A stretch of 64,000 bases of DNA from Candidatus Thorarchaeota archaeon (GCA_046482545.1 JAWOEX010000038.1:1-64000), one strand, 5' to 3'. Positions 1 to 9,503 are shown, counted from the first letter of the stretch. Notes: generated by a model from the letters alone, not told the origin. Made by a program: numbers and translations.

Positions 1-3
1 GAA

Positions 4-404
4 ATGGGACGGAGATTCGGCTTTGCCGAGTTGGAAGACGAAGACCTAGTCATAGACGCAACGTACGAAGGGGTACGCGAGGAAACGTTGGTGATGAGCC
101 ACTAGCAAAGCTTGTGCCATGTGGCAATCAGGGCGGATTCCACTACAACAAGGACGAGGAGGGCACACCGGTAATTGCATATCTTGATAAGGAAATCGGG
201 GACGCTCAGATGAGACATGCAGTGGTAGTGACCGGCTTCTCAAGTGATAAGACCGAGATAAGATATAACGACCCCATAACGTCAGAACCACAAACCGTTG
301 CTACCAGCCGGTTTTTAGAAGAATGGGAAAAGGTCTATCGCTATCACGTAAAATTGGAAATATCGGAAGATTTTGATATGACCGATTTCTTAGGAGATGA
401 GTGA
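4..404 (+). pseudogene. Chimeric, frameshifted remnant: AspBHI/Mrr-type modification-dependent restriction enzyme N-terminus joined to the C-terminal half of a C39-like cysteine peptidase
   Basis: ATG at 4 gives MGRRFGFAELEDEDLVIDATYEG. Adding one G in the G-run near 70 continues as GTRGNVGDEPLAKLVPCGNQGGFHY (AspBHI_N-like). It then reads PVIAYL...HAVVVTGF...IRYNDP, the C39 His/Asp half, with no catalytic Cys segment. Confidence 0.55.
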
Positions 405-1354
405 AGATGGAAGCAGAAAAAAGTGTAGCCAAACATGTAATAGACAATTATGGTCACCTGATTCGTAATGAGCCACCTCAATTTGATGAGGATTCGTCTC
501 TTTGGATATCGCGGCTGCATTCCGATTACCCAGTCATAATACAGAATGATCAAGAGAAGAAGAGAGAGATTCATTTCATAAAAGCCGATATTCTCGGACA
601 TGTTGTTCTAGACGAGGAACTACGACTCGTAGGAGATATGACTACCACAGAGAGTGAACTAGAAGAGAGATTGTCAACCTACCTTGATATGTGGAGATCA
701 TATGCGGAGAGGATTGTGATTTCAGCAACTGCAGATAGAGTAGCACAGCTTTCGGAGGTTTCAACCGCTCTAAATCCAATATATGAAATAATCAACTTCA
801 TTCTAGAAAATGATTCAGTGCATCTAGCGCACTTCGAAGGCAGAGGTCCTAGAAGGAAACGAAATATGAAACACTACTTTTCAATTCTCGAGGATTTGAA
901 CATAATCCGAAAACATGAAGATAGATATGTTTCTGGCAATTTGCTTGCTGCTTTACGGAAGGAGACTCTTGGGTGTAGCTTTTCTGATCTTATGAATGCT
1001 GTTTATGCTGTAGTGCTGAGGAAGAAATACGCATATTTGAAACAAGTAATCGGGCAAACTAGCTTGGAGACAGTAATCCGTGTTGGGAATACAATCTATT
1101 ATCCCGAGCTTTATTCTAAAGGGCGTGTGCCAAGGGATAGAGCAACACTTCTTCGGGAATATGAAAATGAGTACGAATTTGGAATTACTGCACCAAGACT
1201 CGCGGCGTATCTACGCAAGCTCGGCGAAATAGAAGTAGTAGCAGAAGAAGATGGCTTGTATTTTGGAAAAGACAGTCTACGAGACGAAATGTTCTCAATA
1301 CAGAGGTCTATCCAATCCCCCAACGAGTATTGGAGTATTTCGAGTCCCATTTAA
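401..1354 (+). CDS. Hypothetical protein, 317 aa, probably with winged-helix-like segments; island cargo
   Basis: Long ORF coupled to the upstream stop (GTGA overlap). wHTH-like segments such as YFSILEDLNIIRKHEDRY and YLRKLGEIEVVAEEDGLY. Confidence 0.6.
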   Translation: MKMEAEKSVAKHVIDNYGHLIRNEPPQFDEDSSLWISRLHSDYPVIIQNDQEKKREIHFIKADILGHVVLDEELRLVGDMTTTESELEERLSTYLDMWRSYAERIVISATADRVAQLSEVSTALNPIYEIINFILENDSVHLAHFEGRGPRRKRNMKHYFSILEDLNIIRKHEDRYVSGNLLAALRKETLGCSFSDLMNAVYAVVLRKKYAYLKQVIGQTSLETVIRVGNTIYYPELYSKGRVPRDRATLLREYENEYEFGITAPRLAAYLRKLGEIEVVAEEDGLYFGKDSLRDEMFSIQRSIQSPNEYWSISSPI

Positions 1355-1532
1355 ACTGATATTGAGCAAATGTAAGCAGCCATTCTGTGGTTCCTGAATC
1401 GGGTATTCGACAGCTGTGAATCCTGCAATACACCTCAGAGATGAATTGACTGGACCTTTGATGGTCAAACCCATGAATGTCTTTGGATTGTAGTATCTTT
1501 TGAAAGGGGGAGCTCCCTGTATGTAGTCTACC

Positions 1533-1577
1533 CCTTCCAAGTCTGTAACCCGGCTTCGATTCCCGGCGGCAGCACCA
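1533..1577 (+). mobile_element. Degenerate 3' half of tRNA-Gly(TCC); putative att direct repeat of an integrated element
   Basis: CCTTCCAA-GTCTG-TAAC-CCGGC-TTCGATT-CCCGG-CGGCAGC-ACCA gives anticodon loop, T arm, acceptor 3' strand and CCA. No matching 5' half lies upstream. Confidence 0.65.
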
Positions 1578-1900
1578 TTACCTTCCGATATTCTGAACTG
1601 CAATAAACTGATTGTCCGTATTTGCCCTAGAGTATTACGGGAAGTAGTATCAAAATAGAAGAAATGCTACAAGCACCAGAAATTCGAAAGCAGGGAAAAA
1701 GAAGAAGACTTTCATCATGCTAGCGCCTTCTTCCAGTTCCTGCCTTATTGCTACTAGTTCAGATGTTATGGTGTTGAAATTCTCGGAATCCCCCCATCTT
1801 CACTCACACACTTGACATATGTGTCTACATGAAAAATGTGACTAGAAATCTCAAATGTTTATGAAATCCTTCTTAATCAGAATAGATAAACCAAAAACAG

Positions 1901-2146
1901 TCAAGCGCCGTCACTATCGCATTTGCCGCGAAGGGTGAAAGCACCCAATCTGGTGAACAAGACTCCGTCAAACGTATCACGATAGAACAGCATTTCGTCA
2001 TGGAAGAAGACTTCACGTTCATGATTCTTCTCATAAAACACGTTCTTGGTCGAGAATCTGATGTGGTCGAGAGAAGCGTGGAGCTGGAGGTGATGATTTT
2101 CAATATCCGTTCCGGAGATTGCTATGCTCTCTTTGGGTTCTATCAA
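1901..2146 (-). pseudogene. Probable 3' fragment of an unknown gene truncated by the adjacent IS remnant
   Basis: Protein-like 81-aa frame beginning right at the element end (2148). Confidence 0.3.
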
Positions 2147-2147
2147 G

Positions 2148-2337
2148 ATAACCTGTTTCTTACAGTTTTAGGAGCTGTGTGAAACTTCTGTGTTCCACCC
2201 TTCCCCTGCCAGCGTCGCCGCCCCCACAGTACCCGAAGGCCCGTGAGTCAGCAGGGGCTTTGACCGCCACCATCAGGACACAGTTCCTCCTGCGGTCTCG
2301 GCCCGTGTCTCCTCCCCTGACGCCACGGTGGTTCCGT
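2148..2337 (-). mobile_element. Non-autonomous IS200/IS605- or IS607-like right end with structured RNA (copy 1)
   Basis: 2148-2313 aligns without gaps (166 nt, about 75% identity by eye) to 24586-24751. GC-rich, with covarying stems, UUCG and GCGA tetraloops and a terminal hairpin ending AGGTTAT. Confidence 0.7.
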
Positions 2338-2388
2338 ATTAGCAGATGATGTGTATTTGATTTGGAGGCAATAGAATTCTCTGGGAGA

Positions 2389-2763
2389 TCAGCATGGTTT
2401 GCAATTGCCATTTTTCAAGACGACTGTCTTGCACTCCTCGACTATATCCCCAAAAGCTTGGTAAAAGTATCGTGCTGCCCCTTGTCTTGCTCTCTTGCCC
2501 GACTCTGTTAGAGTGTAGATGATTTCTCGTCCCCTTCTTTCACCCTCGATGAATCCTCCTTCCCTCAATTCTTTAATTGCAGGGTAGATAGTGCCTGGTG
2601 TCGGTTTCGTGCCCCGACGTTCTGCTATTTTCTCTGCAATCTGTTGACCATTAAGAGGTTCCTTTCCTACCTCCCACAGAATCTGGAAAGTGAGGAACCC
2701 CCTCATGTCACAGCAATCCGGAGGGCAACAAACCTCGTCGCCGTCATCGTTCTTAGTTGACAT
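2389..2763 (-). CDS. PadR-family transcriptional regulator with a Cys-rich N-terminus (CCPPDCC)
   Basis: PadR motifs PGTIYPAIKELREGGFI and YTLTESG. Divergent from arsM. Start taken at ATG 2763; the ORF extends to 2799. Confidence 0.85.
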   Translation of the reverse strand: MSTKNDDGDEVCCPPDCCDMRGFLTFQILWEVGKEPLNGQQIAEKIAERRGTKPTPGTIYPAIKELREGGFIEGERRGREIIYTLTESGKRARQGAARYFYQAFGDIVEECKTVVLKNGNCKPC

Positions 2764-2816
2764 TGGGTGAATCATCTCAAGGGCTACATTTCCATACATT
2801 TACACCTGTCAACACA

Positions 2817-2859
2817 CTTATATACATATTGGACTTCCAATATATCGGGTATCCAATAA
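2817..2859. promoter_or_regulatory. TATA box plus tandem palindromic operator between padR and arsM
   Basis: CTTATATA is followed by the perfect inverted repeat ATATTGGA-CT-TCCAATAT (2826-2843) and an imperfect copy ATATCGGG-TA-TCCAATAA (2842-2859). Confidence 0.6.
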
Positions 2860-2880
2860 ATTTTGTTGAGTGAACAAAAA

Positions 2881-3744
2881 ATGTCTGAAGAGAAGAAAGT
2901 CAGTGATATGACCCCTGAAGAGATTAAAGATGAAGTGAGAAAAGCTTACTCCAAAGTTGCGGCACGGGACATGTGCTGTACGAGTTCATGTTGCTCTGAC
3001 CAAATGGATTCCGAGATACAGCAACCGTCAGAATCTAGCTGTTGTAGTAGTCAACCAACGGAGGAATCAATAGAATCTCAATCGGACTGTTGCACTCCCT
3101 CTCAGACTTCTGATGCGGTCAGATATGCTAAATCTATGGGCTACGATTTATCCGATCTTCCAAGTGCAGCAACCGAATCATTTGCCGGATGTGGTAATCC
3201 CGTGGCTTTGGCAGGTCTCCAGAAAGGAGAAGTTGTTCTTGACCTTGGAAGTGGTGCGGGTCTGGATGCCTTTGTTGCTGCTAGAAAAGTCGGGACAACC
3301 GGTCAAGTTATTGGGGTCGATATGACCCCGGAGATGTTGAATAGCGCTCGTAGAAGTGCTGCTGGGATGGGCCTAAGCAATATTGAGTTTAGAGAAGGGG
3401 ATATCGAGCAGCTCCCTGTAGAAGACAACTCTGTTGATGTAATCATCAGCAACTGTGTAATCAACCTTGCACCCGATAAAGCACGAGTGTTCAAGGAGGC
3501 ATATCGTGTACTCCGCCCTGGTGGACGCCTCATGGTATCAGATATTGTCTTGGATGAGAATCTCTCCAAAGCAGAGCGTGACGATTTGGCAAATTACACA
3601 GGATGTCTTGCTGGAGCAGTCTTAGAGGAAGAATACCTTCAGCATATTCGAGATGCGGGATTTGAAGAAGTGACAGTGAATGAAAGCGAAGATTGCGGTC
3701 GTGCGGCCAGTGCTAGGATTAGTGCTTACAAACCAGCCCCGTGA
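2881..3744 (+). CDS. arsM: Arsenite S-adenosylmethionine methyltransferase
   Basis: GCGNP, VLDLGSGAGLD, IISNCVINL, GCLAGA; CC-rich N-terminus. Confidence 0.92.
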   Translation: MSEEKKVSDMTPEEIKDEVRKAYSKVAARDMCCTSSCCSDQMDSEIQQPSESSCCSSQPTEESIESQSDCCTPSQTSDAVRYAKSMGYDLSDLPSAATESFAGCGNPVALAGLQKGEVVLDLGSGAGLDAFVAARKVGTTGQVIGVDMTPEMLNSARRSAAGMGLSNIEFREGDIEQLPVEDNSVDVIISNCVINLAPDKARVFKEAYRVLRPGGRLMVSDIVLDENLSKAERDDLANYTGCLAGAVLEEEYLQHIRDAGFEEVTVNESEDCGRAASARISAYKPAP

Positions 3745-3897
3745 GTTTGCTTATCGAATGAATCGATTAATGATATCCGATTAAGTGATATCTTACGCAA
3801 ACGCATTTGGTTTCGACGAGATGGAAGAGATAAACCTGTCATGATGTTAAACTGATGGTAAGGGGCCGAGTGCTTCTTCCAATATCGCACGACTCAT

Positions 3898-5343
3898 ATG
3901 CCGGTGAACCCAACTAAGACGATGTTCTGCGAGGACTGCCTGATGAAAACCAAGAGAATTGCGATCGTTCTTGTGATTGTGGCCCTTCTAGTATCCTCTT
4001 CATTATTGGTCCTTTATTACCTCAGTTTTGAGGCTGCACCAGACCAAGAGAACAAGAGACCAGAGATTAATATTATCAATCCACAACCTGGTTCGACAGT
4101 GGCAGGTGTCGTCATGCTCAACATCTCAGTTGTGGATGAAGAGAATCTTACCGCGAGCATCTTCATAGACGGCCGGAATATCACTCGATCAAATCTGTAC
4201 GCGTGGAACACGACTGAGTATCCAGATGGTAAACACACGATCCGCGTCGTGGTGTCTGACAGCTCGGGAAAATCTGATCGGCGGAGTATCGAAGTTTCTG
4301 TTGACAATGTGGATGAGGTACGACCTCCATTTGATGGTCTGTTAAAAACCATGGTGTATAATATCAAAGAGAGTGGGAAAAACGATGACTGGAAGACAGT
4401 GGTAAAGCAGGAGAACCCAGACATTCTTGTTGTCGTTGAAACCGGTTTTTGGGATGATTATGCTAACGAGAGTATGAACGCTGCTGTGAGTGAATTGAAT
4501 GCGTTCTTTGAGGATGAACTCCCTTACGATGCCTATTGTGTCCAAGACGTTACCTATTCCACGACGGGCGAAGCGATACTAAGCCGTTTCCCTATTCTGG
4601 AGTTCAATCAGATTGGTACAGTCCCTCTGGACGATGGTGATGACTACTACGTTACTCACGACTTCATCGAGGCAGTTGTTGATATCAATGGAACAGCGGT
4701 TCATGTGTTGGGTGGACATCTGAAAGCAGGCGAAGGGGCCACCAACATCTATCGTCGAGAGGTAGAGATGGAGGGTATTATCAACTACATGGATGCGCTG
4801 GGTGAGGTACCAATCCTCTATCTAAGTGATCAGAATTCATTCTCACCTGCGGATACCGATGACCTAGCACCAGAAGGAATGGAGTTGGGTTATGGACCCA
4901 TGACCATGATGCTCTATCCCAATGACACCGCATATGAGAATCGCTCTTCTACAGTGCACAACTTCACTGACGTCTACAGGACTCTCAATCCATCGGAACC
5001 CGGACATACCTACGGACATCGAGATGACGCAGTTTCTTTCAGAATCGACTATATAGTTGCCAATTCCTTCTTTATAGACGGTCTTGTCAATTCCACTGTA
5101 GTTAATGAGGAACCTGCCTATACTGCTTCGGACCACTATGCTGTTACTGCCTTCATTAACTGGAACGCAACTGACACGCAATATCAATCCGCGTGTGAGA
5201 TATCTTCAGAAGCAGATACAGCTTCTCCATGCATTCCGAAGCAGAGAATCATCGTGAGATCTCCCATTGTATTGACACACACAATAGTGCAGCGGCTACA
5301 TGACCCGGTCATCGCGTTGCCACGGAAAAATCACTTGGTCTAG
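3898..5343 (+). CDS. Membrane-anchored Ig-like domain plus endonuclease/exonuclease/phosphatase (EEP) family protein
   Basis: N-terminal hydrophobic anchor; Ig-like WNTTEYPDGKHTIRV; EEP motifs YNI, PDILVVVE, DQN, RIDYI, SDH. The start may be 3943. Confidence 0.8.
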   Translation: MPVNPTKTMFCEDCLMKTKRIAIVLVIVALLVSSSLLVLYYLSFEAAPDQENKRPEINIINPQPGSTVAGVVMLNISVVDEENLTASIFIDGRNITRSNLYAWNTTEYPDGKHTIRVVVSDSSGKSDRRSIEVSVDNVDEVRPPFDGLLKTMVYNIKESGKNDDWKTVVKQENPDILVVVETGFWDDYANESMNAAVSELNAFFEDELPYDAYCVQDVTYSTTGEAILSRFPILEFNQIGTVPLDDGDDYYVTHDFIEAVVDINGTAVHVLGGHLKAGEGATNIYRREVEMEGIINYMDALGEVPILYLSDQNSFSPADTDDLAPEGMELGYGPMTMMLYPNDTAYENRSSTVHNFTDVYRTLNPSEPGHTYGHRDDAVSFRIDYIVANSFFIDGLVNSTVVNEEPAYTASDHYAVTAFINWNATDTQYQSACEISSEADTASPCIPKQRIIVRSPIVLTHTIVQRLHDPVIALPRKNHLV

Positions 5344-5502
5344 GCGAAAGATTCGGAATTCAGAGACTTGCACGTATGAATACAGCTTCAGCAAATCTCG
5401 TGATATTGTTGAACTACAATGAGATTATGCAGTCTTATGATTCAACTATCAATCATGAGTCATTGTCCTTCGACTGATACAACACTTAGCTCTCTTTCAA
5501 AT

Positions 5503-6348
5503 TCATTTTTCTTGCTGCAACCTTTCGATATTCTGATACGTAAAACCGAGCTGCACCGGACCCAGGTATTTCATAACTGAATGAACAATAACTACGAGTG
5601 GGGCCATCAAAAAGACACCGGTTAGTGGGGTGGGATAAGTTTCGAGGTGACCACTTTGGCCCAAGAAGCTCCCTATGAAGTAGTAAAGGATCAATCCTGT
5701 AACTCCCAGTAGAAACACAACGATAGTACGCTTAATGCGCCTTTTCATAAGCACTGCAGTCTCAGGGTGATAGGAGAATAGCAGAACTATGGCTCCAAGG
5801 AGGGAAATCAGTGGCCAGCATGGGTTTTCCCATCCAAAAACAAAACCGTGGGTACCACCAGATTCAACATACCCAAGAAGTGGATAGACCGGAAAGAGCA
5901 GAAAAAGAATCCCGTAGGCTCCAGCCAACGCTTCATTAATCTCGAGGGATGTCATAGGGAGCACATAGAAGATAATAATCAAACCAATTACAATCAGACC
6001 GATCATGGACCCGATTCCAACAAGAGACCTAAGGAACGTTAGTATCCAATTCGGTAAGAACGCAAAGGAGTTGAAGATGACTATAGATATGACATACAGT
6101 TCCATGGATAGATAGACTGCTGCTTGAGAAAGAATGATGATGCAAATACCACCTACGATTTTGTAGGCCTCATCCAAGTACCCAGACCTTTTTTCAGATG
6201 GTTTTTCATGAGCCTGTGGTTTCTTCACCTTACTGACGCACCCGCGGTAGTAGCAATCCCTGTATCCACATAAGGATTTGTTCTCCTGTTGGAATTTTCT
6301 GATACCTTGGCCAGTTTGGTTAGATACTGTATGTTCGGGTTGCAGCAT
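5503..6348 (-). CDS. Hypothetical polytopic membrane protein (true start probably near 6230)
   Basis: Several hydrophobic segments. Confidence 0.55.
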   Translation of the reverse strand: MLQPEHTVSNQTGQGIRKFQQENKSLCGYRDCYYRGCVSKVKKPQAHEKPSEKRSGYLDEAYKIVGGICIIILSQAAVYLSMELYVISIVIFNSFAFLPNWILTFLRSLVGIGSMIGLIVIGLIIIFYVLPMTSLEINEALAGAYGILFLLFPVYPLLGYVESGGTHGFVFGWENPCWPLISLLGAIVLLFSYHPETAVLMKRRIKRTIVVFLLGVTGLILYYFIGSFLGQSGHLETYPTPLTGVFLMAPLVVIVHSVMKYLGPVQLGFTYQNIERLQQEK

Positions 6349-6494
6349 AGAGCATTCAATATAGAAGCAGATTCCTTCTGCATCAACACAAGGCTTTTGT
6401 TTGCATGTTTTAGAGCACGTTTTCAGAAGATATCAGTGACGGGTATTCAGCACGTCCAATGACTGATTGCCTTTACTTTGCACGAGGAATTTCC

Positions 6495-8519
6495 ATGGAA
6501 TCACTTGAACACAACGGCATAATCGTCATCGAACCACCTGAGCCGTGGGGCATTGAAATTGAGGTGAAGGGGGAGAAGGTAGAGCTGGATAGGCAGCAGG
6601 AACAGATGGCAATTGCGTGGGCAAAAAAACAAGGGACCGATTACGTGGAGGATCCTGTATTTGTGACGAATTTCATGAAGGACTTCAGCAAGGCTCTGGG
6701 ATACAATCCCCCGTTGAAGCCTGAAGATGTGGATTTCTCTCCTGTGATTGAACTTGTCGAGGAAGAAAAGGCCCGAAAAGAGTCCATGACTAAAGAAGAG
6801 AAGAAGGCTGCACGAGAAGAGAGAAAGGCTCGACGTGAGGAGTTGAAAGAAAAGTATGGATACGCGACCGTGAACGGTCAGAAAATGGAACTAGCAAACT
6901 ACATGACCGAACCTTCCAGTATCTTCATGGGGCGGGGTAAACACCCACTACGGGGTAGGTGGAAACAGGGCCCATCTTACGAGGACATAACACTGAATCT
7001 GAGTCCTGATGCAGAAGTTCCCGAGGGTAATTGGAAAGATATAGTCTGGAAACCCGATTGTATCTGGATAGCCAAATGGAAGGACAAACTTACAGGAAAG
7101 TGGAAATATGTATGGCTGCATGATAGCACTCCTATCAAACAGCAGCGAGAAGCAGAGAAATTCAACACCGCCCTCAAAATTGGTGAGAAGATTGATGAGA
7201 TCCGGTCTCATATCAACGATGGTCTCCATTCGGACAATGCAAAGACCAGAATGATTGCTGCAGCCTGCTACTTGATTGATAGACTGTGTTTACGGGTGGG
7301 AGATGAAAAGGACCCTGATGAAGCTGATACCGTGGGAGCTACAACACTCCGAGCTGAACATGTTAGTTTCCGGGACGAATCTATCATATTCGACTTCAGA
7401 GGAAAGGACTACATTAGGTGGCACAAGGAAATTGAAGCTCCGAAAGACGTCTACAAGGTATTCAAGGAACTCCATGATAATGCAGTCAAGCGCATCGACA
7501 AATATGAAGCGGGGGAGCAGAAGGGCGACCCGAAGAAACTTGCCCAGCTGTTTCCTGCCATAAGAAGCAGTCATGTCAATCGTTTCTTGAGCGAGGTGGC
7601 ACCGAATATATCTGCAAAGGACTTCAGGACTTACCATGCTTCTAAGACGGTCAAAGAAGAACTGGAGGAAAGCGATGTCACCAGAGATGATCCCGATTTC
7701 ATAAAGAAAGAGGCAGTAACTAAGGCGAATTTAGAAGTCGCTAGGATCATGAATCATACAAAGCAAGAGCCCAAAGGTTGGGACAAACGGGACGAACGGT
7801 TCCAAGAGCGTCTTGAGAAAGCAGATGAACGTATCGAGAAAGCAAAAAAAGCAATCAAAGACAAGCGGATGCGATTGAAAGACCGAAAGGCGACCGAAAA
7901 GGAGCGACTTGAGAAAAAGAAGGCGCTTATCAAGAAACAGAAAGACGTTGTAGAACGGCGTTGGGAAAAGGTCAAGGAATATCGGGAGAAGCGAGACAAG
8001 GCAAAGGAAAGCTGGGATGAAGCTAGAGCGCGTAAAAGCGAAATACGAGAGAGCCGGCGAAAAACCAAACGGACCAAGAAAGAGCGACTCGCCGAGGCTC
8101 AGGAAAAAATCGATAAGGCTAAGGAGCGCCTTGAGAAGGCGAAAAAGCGCCTAGCGAAAGCAAGAGAACGATATGAGAAAAGCAAGTCTATCCTAGAAAA
8201 GAAGAAGGAATCGCGGAAAGAGGCGAAAGAAAAAGCTAAGGAACGCATTGAGAGAAGGAAGGGGATTCTCAAACGTGCCAAGAAGCGCCTTCGCAAGGCC
8301 AAAAAAGCAAAGGCAAAGCTGGAAGTTGATTATGAACTTGCTAAGGAATCCCGCGTGTGGAATCTGAATACTTCCCTCAAGTCCTATATTCACCCCAAAA
8401 TCGTGTACGACTGGTGCGAAGCGGTTGATTACGACTGGCGCGATGTCTATACTAAACTTCTACAGCGAAAATTCGACTGGGTGGAAGAACAGTGCTATTC
8501 GGAAGATGCAGATGATTAA
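6495..8519 (+). CDS. top1: Eukaryote-like DNA topoisomerase IB with a very long basic coiled-coil linker
   Basis: GRGKHPLRG. Catalytic pentad: LRVG (R), FRGKD (K), AKDFRTY (R), MNH (H), TSLKSYIHP (Y). SD GAGGA precedes ATG 6495. Confidence 0.93.
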   Translation: MESLEHNGIIVIEPPEPWGIEIEVKGEKVELDRQQEQMAIAWAKKQGTDYVEDPVFVTNFMKDFSKALGYNPPLKPEDVDFSPVIELVEEEKARKESMTKEEKKAAREERKARREELKEKYGYATVNGQKMELANYMTEPSSIFMGRGKHPLRGRWKQGPSYEDITLNLSPDAEVPEGNWKDIVWKPDCIWIAKWKDKLTGKWKYVWLHDSTPIKQQREAEKFNTALKIGEKIDEIRSHINDGLHSDNAKTRMIAAACYLIDRLCLRVGDEKDPDEADTVGATTLRAEHVSFRDESIIFDFRGKDYIRWHKEIEAPKDVYKVFKELHDNAVKRIDKYEAGEQKGDPKKLAQLFPAIRSSHVNRFLSEVAPNISAKDFRTYHASKTVKEELEESDVTRDDPDFIKKEAVTKANLEVARIMNHTKQEPKGWDKRDERFQERLEKADERIEKAKKAIKDKRMRLKDRKATEKERLEKKKALIKKQKDVVERRWEKVKEYREKRDKAKESWDEARARKSEIRESRRKTKRTKKERLAEAQEKIDKAKERLEKAKKRLAKARERYEKSKSILEKKKESRKEAKEKAKERIERRKGILKRAKKRLRKAKKAKAKLEVDYELAKESRVWNLNTSLKSYIHPKIVYDWCEAVDYDWRDVYTKLLQRKFDWVEEQCYSEDADD

Positions 8520-8550
8520 CTGCCCACTCACAAAAAGACCAAACTCTGTT

Positions 8551-9000
8551 TTACAGTTTCAGCTTCATCTTTCCGAAGATTCTCGGATCGGGATTGATTA
8601 ATCGTTTTCTTATTCTCTCTTCTATCTCATCACGTGTTTCTCTGAACTTAGCTAGTATTTCCTTATACGTACCCTCAAAGGTCGCGGGGTCTTCTAGTGA
8701 CCAGTGCTCCATTGCTTTTGCACCGGGAAATGCTGGACATGTCTGCTTCGCTTTGTCGCAAACTGTTATCACGAGGTCAATAGGCTCTTCTGTGAATCGC
8801 TCAACACTCTTGGTATGAAGTCCATCAGTCTCTATTCCTTTCTCCTCGAGAACTTCTATGACAAAAGGATTAACTTCAGACTGTATATCCGTTCCTGCGC
8901 TCATGACTTCATATTTCCCGTCACCAATGGACCTGAGCAATGCTTCAGCCATCTGACTGCGTGCTGAATTACCTGTGCATAGGAAAAGAACCCGTTTCAA
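8551..9000 (-). CDS. arsC: Thioredoxin-coupled arsenate reductase / LMW-PTPase family
   Basis: CTGNSARSQMAE, VITVCD...CP, HWSLEDP. Confidence 0.85.
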   Translation of the reverse strand: MKRVLFLCTGNSARSQMAEALLRSIGDGKYEVMSAGTDIQSEVNPFVIEVLEEKGIETDGLHTKSVERFTEEPIDLVITVCDKAKQTCPAFPGAKAMEHWSLEDPATFEGTYKEILAKFRETRDEIEERIRKRLINPDPRIFGKMKLKL

Positions 9001-9180
9001 TTATTCTAGCCTCTTTCTATTCGTGTGTTTCTCTATCTCATTATATCAATACATATGCTTCTGGTGTCAGCTTATGATAAAATGAGCAAACTCCCTATTG
9101 CGCTATCAGAATAGTTTGGACAAAGAGCTACTGTATTCTCTGGATGGTGTTGAATAGCACTTGAGGTACGAAAAAGGATG

Positions 9181-9255
9181 TGGTGCGCTCGCCGGGAATT
9201 GAACCCGGGCCGGATCCGTGGCAGGGATCCATCATAGCCACTAGACAACGAGCGC
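9181..9255 (-). tRNA. tRNA-Gly(GCC)
   Basis: Cloverleaf GCGCTCG...GGATCC-CTGCCAC-GGATCC...TTCAATT...CGAGCGC-ACCA. Confidence 0.96.
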
Positions 9256-9503
9256 CCTTTTCCTCTTATGGCCGATTATGAATCATCAGATGCCATCTTC
9301 TGATGGATTATAAGCCTTCCCCGAAATCACTTCAGTTCGCAGCTTCTTACTGATGATTCCGAGAGAACTCCGCATCGGACGAAAATAAAAAGGTTGTCAA
9401 ACGGGTGGCGCACTGGAAATCCCGGATGGGATTTACCTAATTTTCCGATGTTGGTATGCATTACCATAATAAGTAATCACTATAAGTTAGATTAGAGCTG
9501 CAT

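Noticed and set aside
1505-1577. A complete tRNA-Gly(TCC)
   Set aside because: No 5' acceptor strand, D arm or 5' anticodon stem can be paired.
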